From positions 750,001 to 782,000 of the forward strand of contig OY970357.1 of the NCBI GenBank assembly GCA_963718585.1: DNA of 32,000 nucleotides, in the 5' to 3' direction. Within the stretch, counting starts at the first letter, position 1; the number at the start of each line of letters is the position of its first letter. Shown here in pieces: positions 1 to 8,010 of this stretch. The stretch comes from Candidatus Saccharimonadota bacterium (lineage in GTDB: Bacteria; Patescibacteriota; Patescibacteriia; 2-12-FULL-60-25). Position numbers and translations under genes: made by a program. A model generated the notes under the pieces. It worked only from the letters and a program-made list of their open reading frames with translations. It ran no database searches and was not told where the DNA came from.

Positions 1-542
1 AGGGACTTTTCCAACTCCGCAACGAGATGCGCCGCATGGAACGGCGGCGTGTCCCGCCCATCCGTGAACAAGTGGAGCGCGACACGCGGGAGATGCAGCT
101 CCTTCGCAAAACGGATCAGCGCCTGCACGTGTTTGGGCGAGGCGTGTCCGCTCCGGTCGTCGGTCAACAATCCCATGAGATGGAGCGTGCTGTGTTTTCG
201 CACACAATGTGCCGCCGCCTGGAGGAGCGCGGGATTGTTCTCAAATGTATGATCCAGGATCGCCTGATCGATCACGATCTGATCCGAATCCACGGCCCGG
301 CCCGCACCGATCGTCGTGTGCCCAGCCTCAGAATTTCCCGGCTGCCCTTTGGGCAGACCGACCGCGAGACCGTCTGCCATGAGCAGGGTGTGTGGGTACG
401 TCTTCTTCAGCTTATCCCAAAGCGGCATTTTCGCGGACCGCGGAGCATTTCCCTCCTGATTTTTTGAGACGCCAAATCCATCCCAGACGACCACGACAAC
501 GGGTCCTTTCAGGCGTCGATTGACCGTTTTTTTACGGACCAT
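1..542 (-). CDS. gpmI: 2,3-bisphosphoglycerate-independent phosphoglycerate mutase, N-terminal ~180 codons (rest lies beyond the window start)
   Basis: Absent from the ORF track because it has no stop in the window. Manual minus-strand translation from ATG at 542 gives MVRKKTVNRRLKGPVVVVVWDGFGVSKNQEGNAPRSAKMPLWDKLKKTYPHTLLMADGLAVGLPKGQPGNSEAGHTTIGAGRAVDSDQIVIDQAI... The GNSE-x-GH-x-x-IGAGR block with the catalytic Ser is the iPGM hallmark. The listed + ORF 27..467 is its Arg-rich antisense shadow. Confidence 0.85.
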   Translation of the reverse strand, partial: MVRKKTVNRRLKGPVVVVVWDGFGVSKNQEGNAPRSAKMPLWDKLKKTYPHTLLMADGLAVGLPKGQPGNSEAGHTTIGAGRAVDSDQIVIDQAILDHTFENNPALLQAAAHCVRKHSTLHLMGLLTDDRSGHASPKHVQALIRFAKELHLPRVALHLFTDGRDTPPFHAAHLVAELEKS

Positions 543-605
543 AGGTCATCACAGGATAACCGTCCGACGGGCAGGGCACAAGAACCGCATGATTAAGCCA
601 AACTC

Positions 606-634
606 TTGACATTTTAGCCATTTTTTGGTATGGT
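606..634 (+). promoter_or_regulatory. Sigma70-like promoter for the 690..2344 gene pair
   Basis: TTGACA (606-611), 17-nt spacer, extended -10 TGgTATGGT (626-634). A 7-bp hairpin follows in the leader: ctatcgg-aataag-ccgatag at 645-664. An AGGAG lies 6 nt before the GTG at 690. Confidence 0.45.
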
Positions 635-689
635 GTGTCGTTCTCTATCGGAATAAGCCGATAGGGAGGTTCTTTACAGGAGACATACC

Positions 690-986
690 GTGACCCAACG
701 CACGCCAAGTCAAGCGTTCATCCAGAACATCAAAAAGGTGATCGGCGTGCGCGAGGAAAACGGACATCTATTCCTCGACTGCCACTTTCGCGACAACGTT
801 CTGCATGCCATCGACGAGATCCGTCTTGGCATGATCAGCGGCGACATCTCGAAAGACGATCACCCAGAAGCCAGAAAGCTGATGGAATTTCTCGACGCGA
901 ACCTCATGCTCTGCACTCCGAAGAAGAACCGGCAAGCAGACCCAACACTCAACCCCCGTCCGTCAGAGACGGAGAAAAGGATGTGA
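690..986 (+). CDS. Hypothetical small protein (98 aa), no family recognised
   Basis: GTG start preceded by AGGAG (679-683). Coding-like composition. Its stop overlaps the start of the next gene (GTGA), suggesting translational coupling. Confidence 0.6.
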   Translation: MTQRTPSQAFIQNIKKVIGVREENGHLFLDCHFRDNVLHAIDEIRLGMISGDISKDDHPEARKLMEFLDANLMLCTPKKNRQADPTLNPRPSETEKRM

Positions 987-2344
987 CCGTGACCGAGAAC
1001 GACGAGAACGACGAGGTCGTCGATGAAGAGATCATCAACGAAGAAGACGACCAGACCTCTGAATCGGAGGATGCGCGGGAGGGGGAGCCAGAAAACGCTC
1101 CCACGCCGCAAGCGGCGGAACCTGCTCTTCCGGCAAAGCTTCCCTCTCTGGGTCCGCGAACGCGGTCACGTGAGATGGGCAGTTTCCGGAACCCGACCCC
1201 TGCCTCACCAGCTCCCCTGGTGACGCCGCCGGTCTCTTCTCCGGCGACATCCGCCCACCTCTCTGACCCGACGTCGCTCGCGACGGCGAACGAGAAGGCG
1301 GCCAGCTTCGTCATCGATCAAGACGCGAAACGCCGAAAGGACGAGGCGGAGCGGGTCCGTCGAAGCGCGACTGATGCGGAGACGGAAGAAAAGGCGATCG
1401 CAGATGCGAAGGCGGCCCAGCGACGTCGCGAACAAGAGGCTGAGGACCGAGCAGCCGCAGAAAAGACCGCTCGGGAGAAGGCGCTCAAGGAAGCGGCTGA
1501 GGCGGCGAAGCAGAAGGCCAAAGCAGAAGCCAAGGCCGAAGCAGAAGCCGTATCGCCACCTTCACAGCCTGGCGATGCATCACTCGAAGAGACGGTCATT
1601 GCGCCGTCAGAGCCGCCACCATCCGTCCGCCCCCAGCGAACGGATCGATCCGCCGTGGCTGCCCGCGGTCCGAACAAGCCGCCCCCGCTCCCGACGCATC
1701 CGCCGTCCGTGATCATCAATCAAGAGGATGACGCGCCGGATCAGGAAGAGGTCCCGACCAAGCCCCGACCGGAAGCAGGAGAGGCGCCTCGGATCCAGAA
1801 GACGCGGACACCCACGCCGCGCGAAGAAGAGCGGATGAGGAAATTCGCTCCGGTCCACGAGGAGGTCTCTCGACCTTCCCAGGCCGAGCATCTTCCCCCA
1901 GCGGCACCACGGCCCCTCAAACCGACGGAACCCATGCCGGCCGTTCCCCTTCCTGCAAAGGGACGGGACGATCGGCGGGTGATCATCGGCATTCTCTCCG
2001 GGGTTCTCGTGCTGATCATCGTCCTGATCATGGTCATCGAGTTCGTGCATACCAAGAACACGACGGCTTCTGTGACAAGCGCATCGACGACGGCTTCTGC
2101 CGCTCCGTCGGCAGGCGCGCCGCCCCTGTCTGGCTACATCAAGCACTGCACGGACGTCACGCCGAAACTGTTGAACGCATTCTTCGGTGAAAAGGATCCG
2201 AAGGCGTTCATCAGCGCTCCGTTCGAAGACGAACACCAACCCCGGATCGAAGGCCATGTCTACAAACTTGGCGTCGATCAGCAGGGTCGGACCGTCTACG
2301 ATGTCTCCAAGGCCAGGGTGTGTTGGTTCGACCACACGCCCTGA
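983..2344 (+). CDS. Hypothetical bitopic membrane protein: acidic N-terminus, K/E/A-rich coiled coil, Pro-rich region, one TM helix, small Cys-containing ectodomain
   Basis: 453 aa. Acidic run DENDEVVDEEIINEEDDQTSESED. Coiled-coil-like AKAAQRRREQEAEDRAAAEKTAREKALKEAAEAAKQKAKAEAKAEAEA. Pro-rich stretch. TM helix VIIGILSGVLVLIIVLIMVIEFV. About 95 aa of C-terminal domain. A strong terminator follows. No family recognised. Confidence 0.75.
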   Translation: MTVTENDENDEVVDEEIINEEDDQTSESEDAREGEPENAPTPQAAEPALPAKLPSLGPRTRSREMGSFRNPTPASPAPLVTPPVSSPATSAHLSDPTSLATANEKAASFVIDQDAKRRKDEAERVRRSATDAETEEKAIADAKAAQRRREQEAEDRAAAEKTAREKALKEAAEAAKQKAKAEAKAEAEAVSPPSQPGDASLEETVIAPSEPPPSVRPQRTDRSAVAARGPNKPPPLPTHPPSVIINQEDDAPDQEEVPTKPRPEAGEAPRIQKTRTPTPREEERMRKFAPVHEEVSRPSQAEHLPPAAPRPLKPTEPMPAVPLPAKGRDDRRVIIGILSGVLVLIIVLIMVIEFVHTKNTTASVTSASTTASAAPSAGAPPLSGYIKHCTDVTPKLLNAFFGEKDPKAFISAPFEDEHQPRIEGHVYKLGVDQQGRTVYDVSKARVCWFDHTP

Positions 2345-2371
2345 CCGATCCGCCACACGCGGAAACACCTC

Positions 2372-2406
2372 GCCCCCCGAAGCGATCGCTTCGGGGGGCT
2401 TTTTTA
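2372..2406. terminator. Bidirectional rho-independent terminator shared by convergent genes
   Basis: gccccccgaagcg / cgcttcggggggc perfect 13-bp stem (2372-2384 and 2387-2399). A T-run (2400-2405) follows on the + strand. It sits between the stop at 2344 (+) and the stop at 2404 (-). Confidence 0.7.
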
Positions 2407-2709
2407 TTCCTTTGGATGGGCGCTGACCTTGATCACTTCCGCCATATCATCTTCCGGCGTCGTCCGATTCCACTTTTCATGCCTGCAGACCGTACATCGA
2501 TGGAGCAGATCGTACCCCTCACGGGTCACGCGGATGGCCACTGGCTCCATCATCCCCCCGCAATCAGACGCCCGGTCTCCCGGTTCCACATCGACATGCT
2601 TACTCCACAGGCAATGCGGACAATGGTTGGTATACCCATTCCCCTTCACGACCACGCCGCAATGAGCGCACGTGAAGTCCTCGATCCGGCGCGTGAATGA
2701 GGTCGACAT
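2404..2709 (-). CDS. RNHCP domain-containing zinc-ribbon-like protein
   Basis: 101 aa. CAHCG...GYTNHCPHCLWSKHVD...CGG...CTVCRHE matches my memory of the RNHCP domain family (Pfam RNHCP). The ATG at 2709 lies 1 nt after the metG stop (TGA-n-ATG). Confidence 0.85.
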   Translation of the reverse strand: MSTSFTRRIEDFTCAHCGVVVKGNGYTNHCPHCLWSKHVDVEPGDRASDCGGMMEPVAIRVTREGYDLLHRCTVCRHEKWNRTTPEDDMAEVIKVSAHPKE

Positions 2710-2710
2710 G

Positions 2711-4231
2711 TCACGCCGTCTCTTCCAGGCGCGGGAAGATCGGCGGTCCGCTCGTGATCGGCGTGTCTCCCGCGAGCGCGTTCCATTTCAATGCTTCCGC
2801 GAAGGTCAGTTCGCGATCATCCGCCGCCGTCCCCATCCGGTCGAGGATCTGATCAGAGATGGTCGGCATGAACGGGCGGATGAGCCACCCGATATGTCGC
2901 ACGGCCTCGAGGACGCTCGCGATCACATCCGCCAATTCGTCCTGTTTTCCCTGCTTCGCCAATTCCCATGGCTTGGTCTCATCGATCAACCGATTCTGTT
3001 CGATCGCGTAGGTGAGAATGAAGCCGAGCGCCTGATCGAATCGATATGACGCGATCCATTCCGCGTAGCCTTCAAAGTCATACCCGATCGTCCGCGTGCC
3101 CGGCTTCGGTGCCAGGCCGTCAAAGTACTTATTCGTCATGGCCGTGACGCGATGAACGAGATTCCCGATGGTATTGGCAAGATCCGCGGCATATTTTTGC
3201 TGAGATCGTTCGTGACTCCAGTCGCCATCCTGGGTGAACGGCACCTGTGACAGCAGGAGGTATCGCGTCGCATCCACGCCGTACGTCTCGATCAGCTGAT
3301 CCGGCTCGATCACATTCCCTAGCGTCTTGGACATCTTCTGCCCATCCACATGGATCCATCCATGGACTGCGACCTGCTTCGGCGGAGCGATCCCCGCGGC
3401 CATGCACATCGCGGGCCAGAGCATCGCATGGAACCGACTGATCTCCTTCCCGATGATATGCACATCTACTGGCCAATACCGGGCGAACGCCGCATCATCC
3501 GAAGGAAATCCCGCACCGGTCAGATAGTTCACGAGCGCATCGAACCACACGTACATCACCTGCGTATCGTCATCCGGGACCGGGATCCCCCAGGCGAGCT
3601 GTTCCGTCGATCGGGAGATGCTGACGTCAAAACTCTCATCCAGGTCTGCGACGAGCTGCTTCACTTCATTGAACTTGTGCTCCGGTACCACGAACGCCGG
3701 ATGATCCGCGTAGAGCTTCTGCAGCCGTTCCTTGAATGCCGAGAGTTTGAAAAAATAATTCTCCTCTTCAAGGAACTGCGGTGCGACGTGATGGTCCGGA
3801 CATTTTCCGTCCACGAGCTCATGTTCTTTCTTGAACGCCTCACACCCCACGCAATACAAACCGGAATATGTCTTCTTATAGATGAATCCCGCATCGCGAA
3901 CACGTCGCCACATCTCCTGCGATGCGGGAACATGCCGCGCTTCGGTCGTCCGGATGAAATCCGTGTTCGTGATGTGCAAACGCGCCGCGAGATCCTTGAA
4001 TTCGCCGGAGATCCTGTCTGTGAACGCCTGCGGATCCATCCCCGCTTCTTCCGCCTTTTGGAGGATCTTCTGCCCGTGTTCATCGGTCCCGGTCAGAAAC
4101 CGGACGTCCTTGCCCATGAGCCGCTGATACCGGGCGACCACATCCGCATACACGAGCTCGAGCGCGAAACCGATGTGCGGCTTCGCGTTCGCATACGCGA
4201 TGGCCGTGGTGAGATAGAACGGTTCGCGCAT
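2711..4231 (-). CDS. metG: Methionine--tRNA ligase
   Basis: FYLTTAIAYANAKPHIGFALE (HIGH-type motif), zinc knuckle CVGCEAFK...GKCPDH, and KMSKTLGNV (KMSKS). The track ORF starts at a TTG at 4252. I prefer the ATG at 4231 (MREPFYLTT), 1 nt after the upstream gene stop. Confidence 0.95.
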   Translation of the reverse strand: MREPFYLTTAIAYANAKPHIGFALELVYADVVARYQRLMGKDVRFLTGTDEHGQKILQKAEEAGMDPQAFTDRISGEFKDLAARLHITNTDFIRTTEARHVPASQEMWRRVRDAGFIYKKTYSGLYCVGCEAFKKEHELVDGKCPDHHVAPQFLEEENYFFKLSAFKERLQKLYADHPAFVVPEHKFNEVKQLVADLDESFDVSISRSTEQLAWGIPVPDDDTQVMYVWFDALVNYLTGAGFPSDDAAFARYWPVDVHIIGKEISRFHAMLWPAMCMAAGIAPPKQVAVHGWIHVDGQKMSKTLGNVIEPDQLIETYGVDATRYLLLSQVPFTQDGDWSHERSQQKYAADLANTIGNLVHRVTAMTNKYFDGLAPKPGTRTIGYDFEGYAEWIASYRFDQALGFILTYAIEQNRLIDETKPWELAKQGKQDELADVIASVLEAVRHIGWLIRPFMPTISDQILDRMGTAADDRELTFAEALKWNALAGDTPITSGPPIFPRLEETA

Positions 4232-4232
4232 A

Positions 4233-6275
4233 TCAGGGACAGTAGATACCAAGTTGATAGTTCGGGACGCAGGTCGGCTTGGTATTGCCGTAGGTCGGTG
4301 TCAGTGACGCGTCCTGCACGATCGTGAAACCGAGCGTTCCGATCTTCGTGATGCCGCCTTCCGTATACGAACAATACGCATCCACGTTCCCGGTTCCGGA
4401 GAGTGAGGTCATTTTCTGATTGAAGATATCGGCGAGACGCGGATTCGATGTGGACCACGTGCATTGATAGGTCACATCCGTCGTTTGTCCGCCGGTATAC
4501 ACCGCCGTCGCCTGGACCGGGACGGACTGCCCCGTCGAGAGGGTCGTGGATCCGACCGCGCTCACGCGGACACCCTCCAACGCATTGGAGATCGTCTGAT
4601 CCGTGACCGTCACGGAAGCGTTCGCGGTCTTCGTGAGTCCGTCATCGTTGTAGGTCGCCGTCAATGTCGCGGTCCCGGCCCTGTTCGGCGTGTACACATT
4701 CCCCCCGATCGAACCAGACAACGAGGAGCTGTACTGCGCCAACGCGGTCAAATCGACCGTCGTCCCATCCGGACAGGTGCCATACAGAGACATCGTGACA
4801 GGCTGGCCAACGCCGACCGTGCTCGGTTTCGCGAACAGGGTAAGGCGATATCCGCAGGAGGTGGAGACAGACGATGGCGGCTGTGCCGTCGCGGGCGGAG
4901 CCGCTAACACCGGAGACGGAGTCGGGGCGGAAGGTGACGGCGCAAAAGATGTCGGGATCGTACTCGTCGTCCCCATATCGGTCGACGTCGGCGCCTCGAC
5001 CTGAAGCGGTTCGACCGGCGGAAGGATCCCGAACGACGCAAGCCGGGCTCGAAGTGCGTGAGCCTTGTCCGTGATGATCGTCCGTTGATCGTCCGGAAGC
5101 GCTTGCGCATCGTTCTCCAGAGACCCGATCTGGTCGCGGAGGTCAGACGCCTGCTGCGCCGCATCCTGATCCGTGATCGGACTCGGCGGATACAGGAGCT
5201 GATCGATCCCATCGTCGATCTCGAGCGCGCGGGCATACTGGGCGTCCGCCGGCGACGTCGCAACGAGGATCGTCCGCAAAGATGCCAGCTTGGTGAACAA
5301 CGTCGACGGTGGGAATCCCGGGCGTGGTTTGACCACGAAGAGGGCATCGCGCACGTTCAACAACACGCGATCCCGCGCATCGCCCTGCAGGGTCCGGATC
5401 AATCCTTCGGTCCGCCCAAGGATCTGTGGCGCAGCAGATGGCGCTTCCAACACGCGACCGATCCGGCGCGCAACGTATCCAGATACGACGGTATCGCGAG
5501 ATGCCGTGTCCGTCAGCTGAAGATGGAGCTCTTCCGACCATTCGACGAGCCATTCGGGCGCTGCCTTCTGAAGCTTCTGAAGACGTTGTTCGATCTCATG
5601 ACGGAATGCATCATCGAACGTCGCATCCTTCTTCCGATTCTCCACGGCCCACGCGTCCTGATCCGTGAGGGGCCGGACAATGATGGGCGTACCGGTCGCA
5701 CTGAACGCACCGAACATGTTGTCCGGTAACAAGGTCGGAGTTCCGCTTGCGGCACCGACACCCACGACCGACTCGGTCACCGAGACCTCGGCGCCCGTAT
5801 CCGTTTTCGCGACACCGAACGCGGTTCCACGGACGGTCGCGACCACGGTCCCGGTCCGAACCTCCGCGTCACTTGTCACGTCAAGCAATTTCAAAAGCCG
5901 CGTCCATGCGCGTCCGCCAGTGACGTCCAGTTTCAAGATCGCGTGCGTTGCCCCAGTTGGATCCGGCGCCGCATCGACCGTCAGTTCGCTTTGCGGATCC
6001 AAACGGCTCACGCCGCGATCCCCCCAGCGGATGGTCGCCGCTCCATCCGCACCGGTGCGGATGTGATCACCATTCTGCACTTCCGTGCTCACATCCACCG
6101 GCGTCCAATCGCTCGTTCCGCCGTGCTGGATCTCGACGGGCGCATGGACGACCTCCACGCGGACCTGCGGTACATCTTCAGATGCAGAGGCTCCAAGAGA
6201 CCAAAACCAGATCCCAAAAAGGATCACAAGAATGGCGATGACGATCCCAATACCGACCTTGACGGGTCTTTTCAT
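4233..6275 (-). CDS. Membrane-anchored FecR-domain protein with two C-terminal Big_2-type Ig-like domains
   Basis: 680 aa. N-terminal anchor VKVGIGIVIAILVILFGIWFWSL. FecR-like beta region (EVQNGDHIRTGADGAATIRWGDRGVSRLDPQSELTV...VATVRGTAFGV). Helical middle and P/S/T linker. Two Big_2-like units (GTATLTATYNDDGLTKTANASVTVT; VPVQATAVYTGGQTTDVTYQCTWSTSN). Confidence 0.85.
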   Translation of the reverse strand: MKRPVKVGIGIVIAILVILFGIWFWSLGASASEDVPQVRVEVVHAPVEIQHGGTSDWTPVDVSTEVQNGDHIRTGADGAATIRWGDRGVSRLDPQSELTVDAAPDPTGATHAILKLDVTGGRAWTRLLKLLDVTSDAEVRTGTVVATVRGTAFGVAKTDTGAEVSVTESVVGVGAASGTPTLLPDNMFGAFSATGTPIIVRPLTDQDAWAVENRKKDATFDDAFRHEIEQRLQKLQKAAPEWLVEWSEELHLQLTDTASRDTVVSGYVARRIGRVLEAPSAAPQILGRTEGLIRTLQGDARDRVLLNVRDALFVVKPRPGFPPSTLFTKLASLRTILVATSPADAQYARALEIDDGIDQLLYPPSPITDQDAAQQASDLRDQIGSLENDAQALPDDQRTIITDKAHALRARLASFGILPPVEPLQVEAPTSTDMGTTSTIPTSFAPSPSAPTPSPVLAAPPATAQPPSSVSTSCGYRLTLFAKPSTVGVGQPVTMSLYGTCPDGTTVDLTALAQYSSSLSGSIGGNVYTPNRAGTATLTATYNDDGLTKTANASVTVTDQTISNALEGVRVSAVGSTTLSTGQSVPVQATAVYTGGQTTDVTYQCTWSTSNPRLADIFNQKMTSLSGTGNVDAYCSYTEGGITKIGTLGFTIVQDASLTPTYGNTKPTCVPNYQLGIYCP

Positions 6276-6317
6276 ATCGCGCGTATTGTGGCGGAAAAAG
6301 TGAGAATTGACAACAGG

Positions 6318-6734
6318 TCAAACGACGTCCGTCTTTGCGATCCGTAGGATCGTCTCGGCCTGCTCATCACTGACTGACAGGACAGAGAGTCGTGGCTGCG
6401 TGACCAGCGGCATGACGAAGAGACCATAGGTATTCCGGATCTCCTCGAGGCTGACCACGCGCGTCAATGAGACGACAGCCTCCAGATCGACGGAAACCCA
6501 ATCCCCCTTCTCTGCCGTGGGATCCGGCACGGCCTCTGCGATCACCCGCGCAATGCCCATGATCATCTTTTCGAGCCCTGTATGATAGATGAAGACCAGA
6601 TCGCCCCGTTTCATCTCCTTTAGATTATTGCGAGCCTGAAAATTCCGAACCCCTGTCCAGGCGGTCCGGCCATCGCGCTCGAGGTGCTCCCAGGCATAAT
6701 CCTCGGGCTCGGTCTTCACCAGCCAAAACCCCAT
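6318..6734 (-). CDS. EVE (PUA-like) domain protein
   Basis: 138 aa. MGFWLVKTEPEDYAWEHLERDGRTAWTGVRNFQARNNLKEMKRGDLVFIYHTG is the canonical EVE-domain opening. Confidence 0.85.
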   Translation of the reverse strand: MGFWLVKTEPEDYAWEHLERDGRTAWTGVRNFQARNNLKEMKRGDLVFIYHTGLEKMIMGIARVIAEAVPDPTAEKGDWVSVDLEAVVSLTRVVSLEEIRNTYGLFVMPLVTQPRLSVLSVSDEQAETILRIAKTDVV

Positions 6735-6754
6735 ATGTGCAGTATACTATCCAT

Positions 6755-7099
6755 ATGAGCACAAAACCGCTTTTACAACAACATTGCGCCCCCTGCGAAG
6801 GCGGGACCCCACCGATGGGCCAGGAAGCAGCACAACGGTCGCTCGCGGAAGTCCCCGGATGGGATCTGGCGCAAGACGGGTCACGGATCAGCCGAGCGTT
6901 CACGTTCAAAGACTTCCACGAAGCGCTCGCCTTCGTGAATCAGGTCGGTACGATCGCAGAAGAAGAGGGTCATCACCCGGATATCCACTGGTGGTGGAAC
7001 ACGGTGAAGCTCGAACTGACGACCCATGCGATCAAAGGTCTTTCGACGAACGACTTCATCCTCGCCGCAAAGATCAACGCGTTGAAGGCGGGTTCTTGA
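6755..7099 (+). CDS. Pterin-4-alpha-carbinolamine dehydratase (PCD/DCoH, COG2154)
   Basis: AEEEGHHPDIHWWWNTVKLELTTHAIKGLSTND fits the COG2154 catalytic signature as I remember it: [EDKH]-x3-H-[HN]-[PCS]-x5,6-[YWF]-x9-[HW]-x8,15-D. There is an N-terminal CAPCEGG. The track ORF starts at a GTG at 6737. The ATG at 6755 (MSTKPLL) is preferred. Confidence 0.85.
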   Translation: MSTKPLLQQHCAPCEGGTPPMGQEAAQRSLAEVPGWDLAQDGSRISRAFTFKDFHEALAFVNQVGTIAEEEGHHPDIHWWWNTVKLELTTHAIKGLSTNDFILAAKINALKAGS

Positions 7100-7499
7100 G
7101 GATCTTCTCCAGCGCCGCATCGTCCCCTTCTGCGGCATACGGCTCTTGGGGATTCGGGATGGTGTAGCCCTTGCGCATGGAATACTTGAGCGGACACCAA
7201 TATTTCTCGGTCTCGATGAGCACGGCGCTAAAATATGCGCCAACACCATTCGCGTAACTACAGTACCCGCAATTGAATCGATCGATCCACGGAAGGTTCT
7301 TGCCACGCGGGATCCAACGAACGTAGGACCGTCGCGCCACACGAGGGATCCCGTATAACCGGAAACAGATCGCCTGATAGGTCGAGATGCAGAGATCCAG
7401 AAAGACGATCGGGATGACCATGATATAAATGACGGGTGCGGCAAGTCCGATCCTCAGGATCCCACGCTGCCGAGCCCGCGCTAAACCGATCGATGGCAT
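7074..7499 (-). CDS. Hypothetical membrane protein with a conserved-looking Cys motif
   Basis: 141 aa. N-terminal helix LAAPVIYIMVIPIVFLDLCISTYQAICF, then NCGYCSYANG...WCPLKY. Coding-like composition; family not recognised. The 3' end overlaps the convergent dehydratase gene by 26 nt. Confidence 0.7.
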   Translation of the reverse strand: MPSIGLARARQRGILRIGLAAPVIYIMVIPIVFLDLCISTYQAICFRLYGIPRVARRSYVRWIPRGKNLPWIDRFNCGYCSYANGVGAYFSAVLIETEKYWCPLKYSMRKGYTIPNPQEPYAAEGDDAALEKILKNPPSTR

Positions 7500-8010
7500 T
7501 GCGGGAGTGTAGCACCAAAACGCCTAGCCCGGTTCCAGGCCCTACGTATTGGGCCACCAACGCTTTCTCGTCTGTTGGCGGACCGATCCATCGGATGAAT
7601 TCATATCCTTTTGTCGACGTGCTCCTTTTGGGTTGATCCGCTAACCATGCTTCCGTCGTCTCGTACGGCGCTGATTCCGCAGTGACACCTAAAGCCCAGG
7701 TATTGGTCGAGTCTTTAAAGAGCAACCCCTGCCCCATCTTCTCAACGTCGGTGACTCGAGAAGGTTCTTCGATGGAAAAGTGAAGTGCGGCGTCCTCGTA
7801 GACATGAGATGATGGCTCTTTGGGGATGGTTGATCCGGGTGATGGCGACGGAATTGGCTTATACCAATAAATGACAAAAATAAAGACGCAGACGAAGGCG
7901 CTGACAATCAGGAGTACAATCTTCTTCCGATTGTCATTCACATCTTCCGGTTGTCTTACGATAAGTCTTTTGAGCGGGGCAGATGCATGCGACACCGGAA
8001 ATATTGCCAC
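7258..8010 (-). CDS. Hypothetical membrane-anchored protein; 3' third (7258..7499) doubtful
   Basis: 250-aa ORF with a GTG start at 8010. An alternative GTG at 7941 gives MNDNRKKIVLLIVSAFVCVFIFVIYWY. The anchor helix and soluble part read protein-like down to about 7500. Beyond that the ORF runs out of frame through the next gene and looks non-protein-like. Confidence 0.55.
   Translation of the reverse strand: MAIFPVSHASAPLKRLIVRQPEDVNDNRKKIVLLIVSAFVCVFIFVIYWYKPIPSPSPGSTIPKEPSSHVYEDAALHFSIEEPSRVTDVEKMGQGLLFKDSTNTWALGVTAESAPYETTEAWLADQPKRSTSTKGYEFIRWIGPPTDEKALVAQYVGPGTGLGVLVLHSRNAIDRFSAGSAAWDPEDRTCRTRHLYHGHPDRLSGSLHLDLSGDLFPVIRDPSCGATVLRSLDPAWQEPSVDRSIQLRVL

Noticed and set aside
27-467. 146-aa + strand ORF (and the nested 49..252 ORF)
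   Set aside because: It is Arg-rich and has no family resemblance. It lies exactly antisense to a clear gpmI reading frame that carries the catalytic GNSEAGH motif, which makes it a typical high-GC shadow ORF.
543-605. Candidate gpmI promoter (TTGTGC-17-TATCCT on the minus strand) with the palindrome ccgtc-c-gacgg in its spacer
   Set aside because: Both hexamers are weak and the assignment is not distinguishable from chance by eye. It is not reported as a feature.
1607-2368. 253-aa minus-strand ORF opposite the 453-aa gene
   Set aside because: The composition is Arg/Gly-rich and there is no start context. The plus-strand frame has a coherent TM and domain organisation and the promoter and terminator flanks.
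3350-4327. 325-aa + strand ORF
   Set aside because: It is antisense to metG, whose frame shows HIGH and KMSKS motifs. The sequence is Arg/His/Leu-rich nonsense typical of shadow frames.
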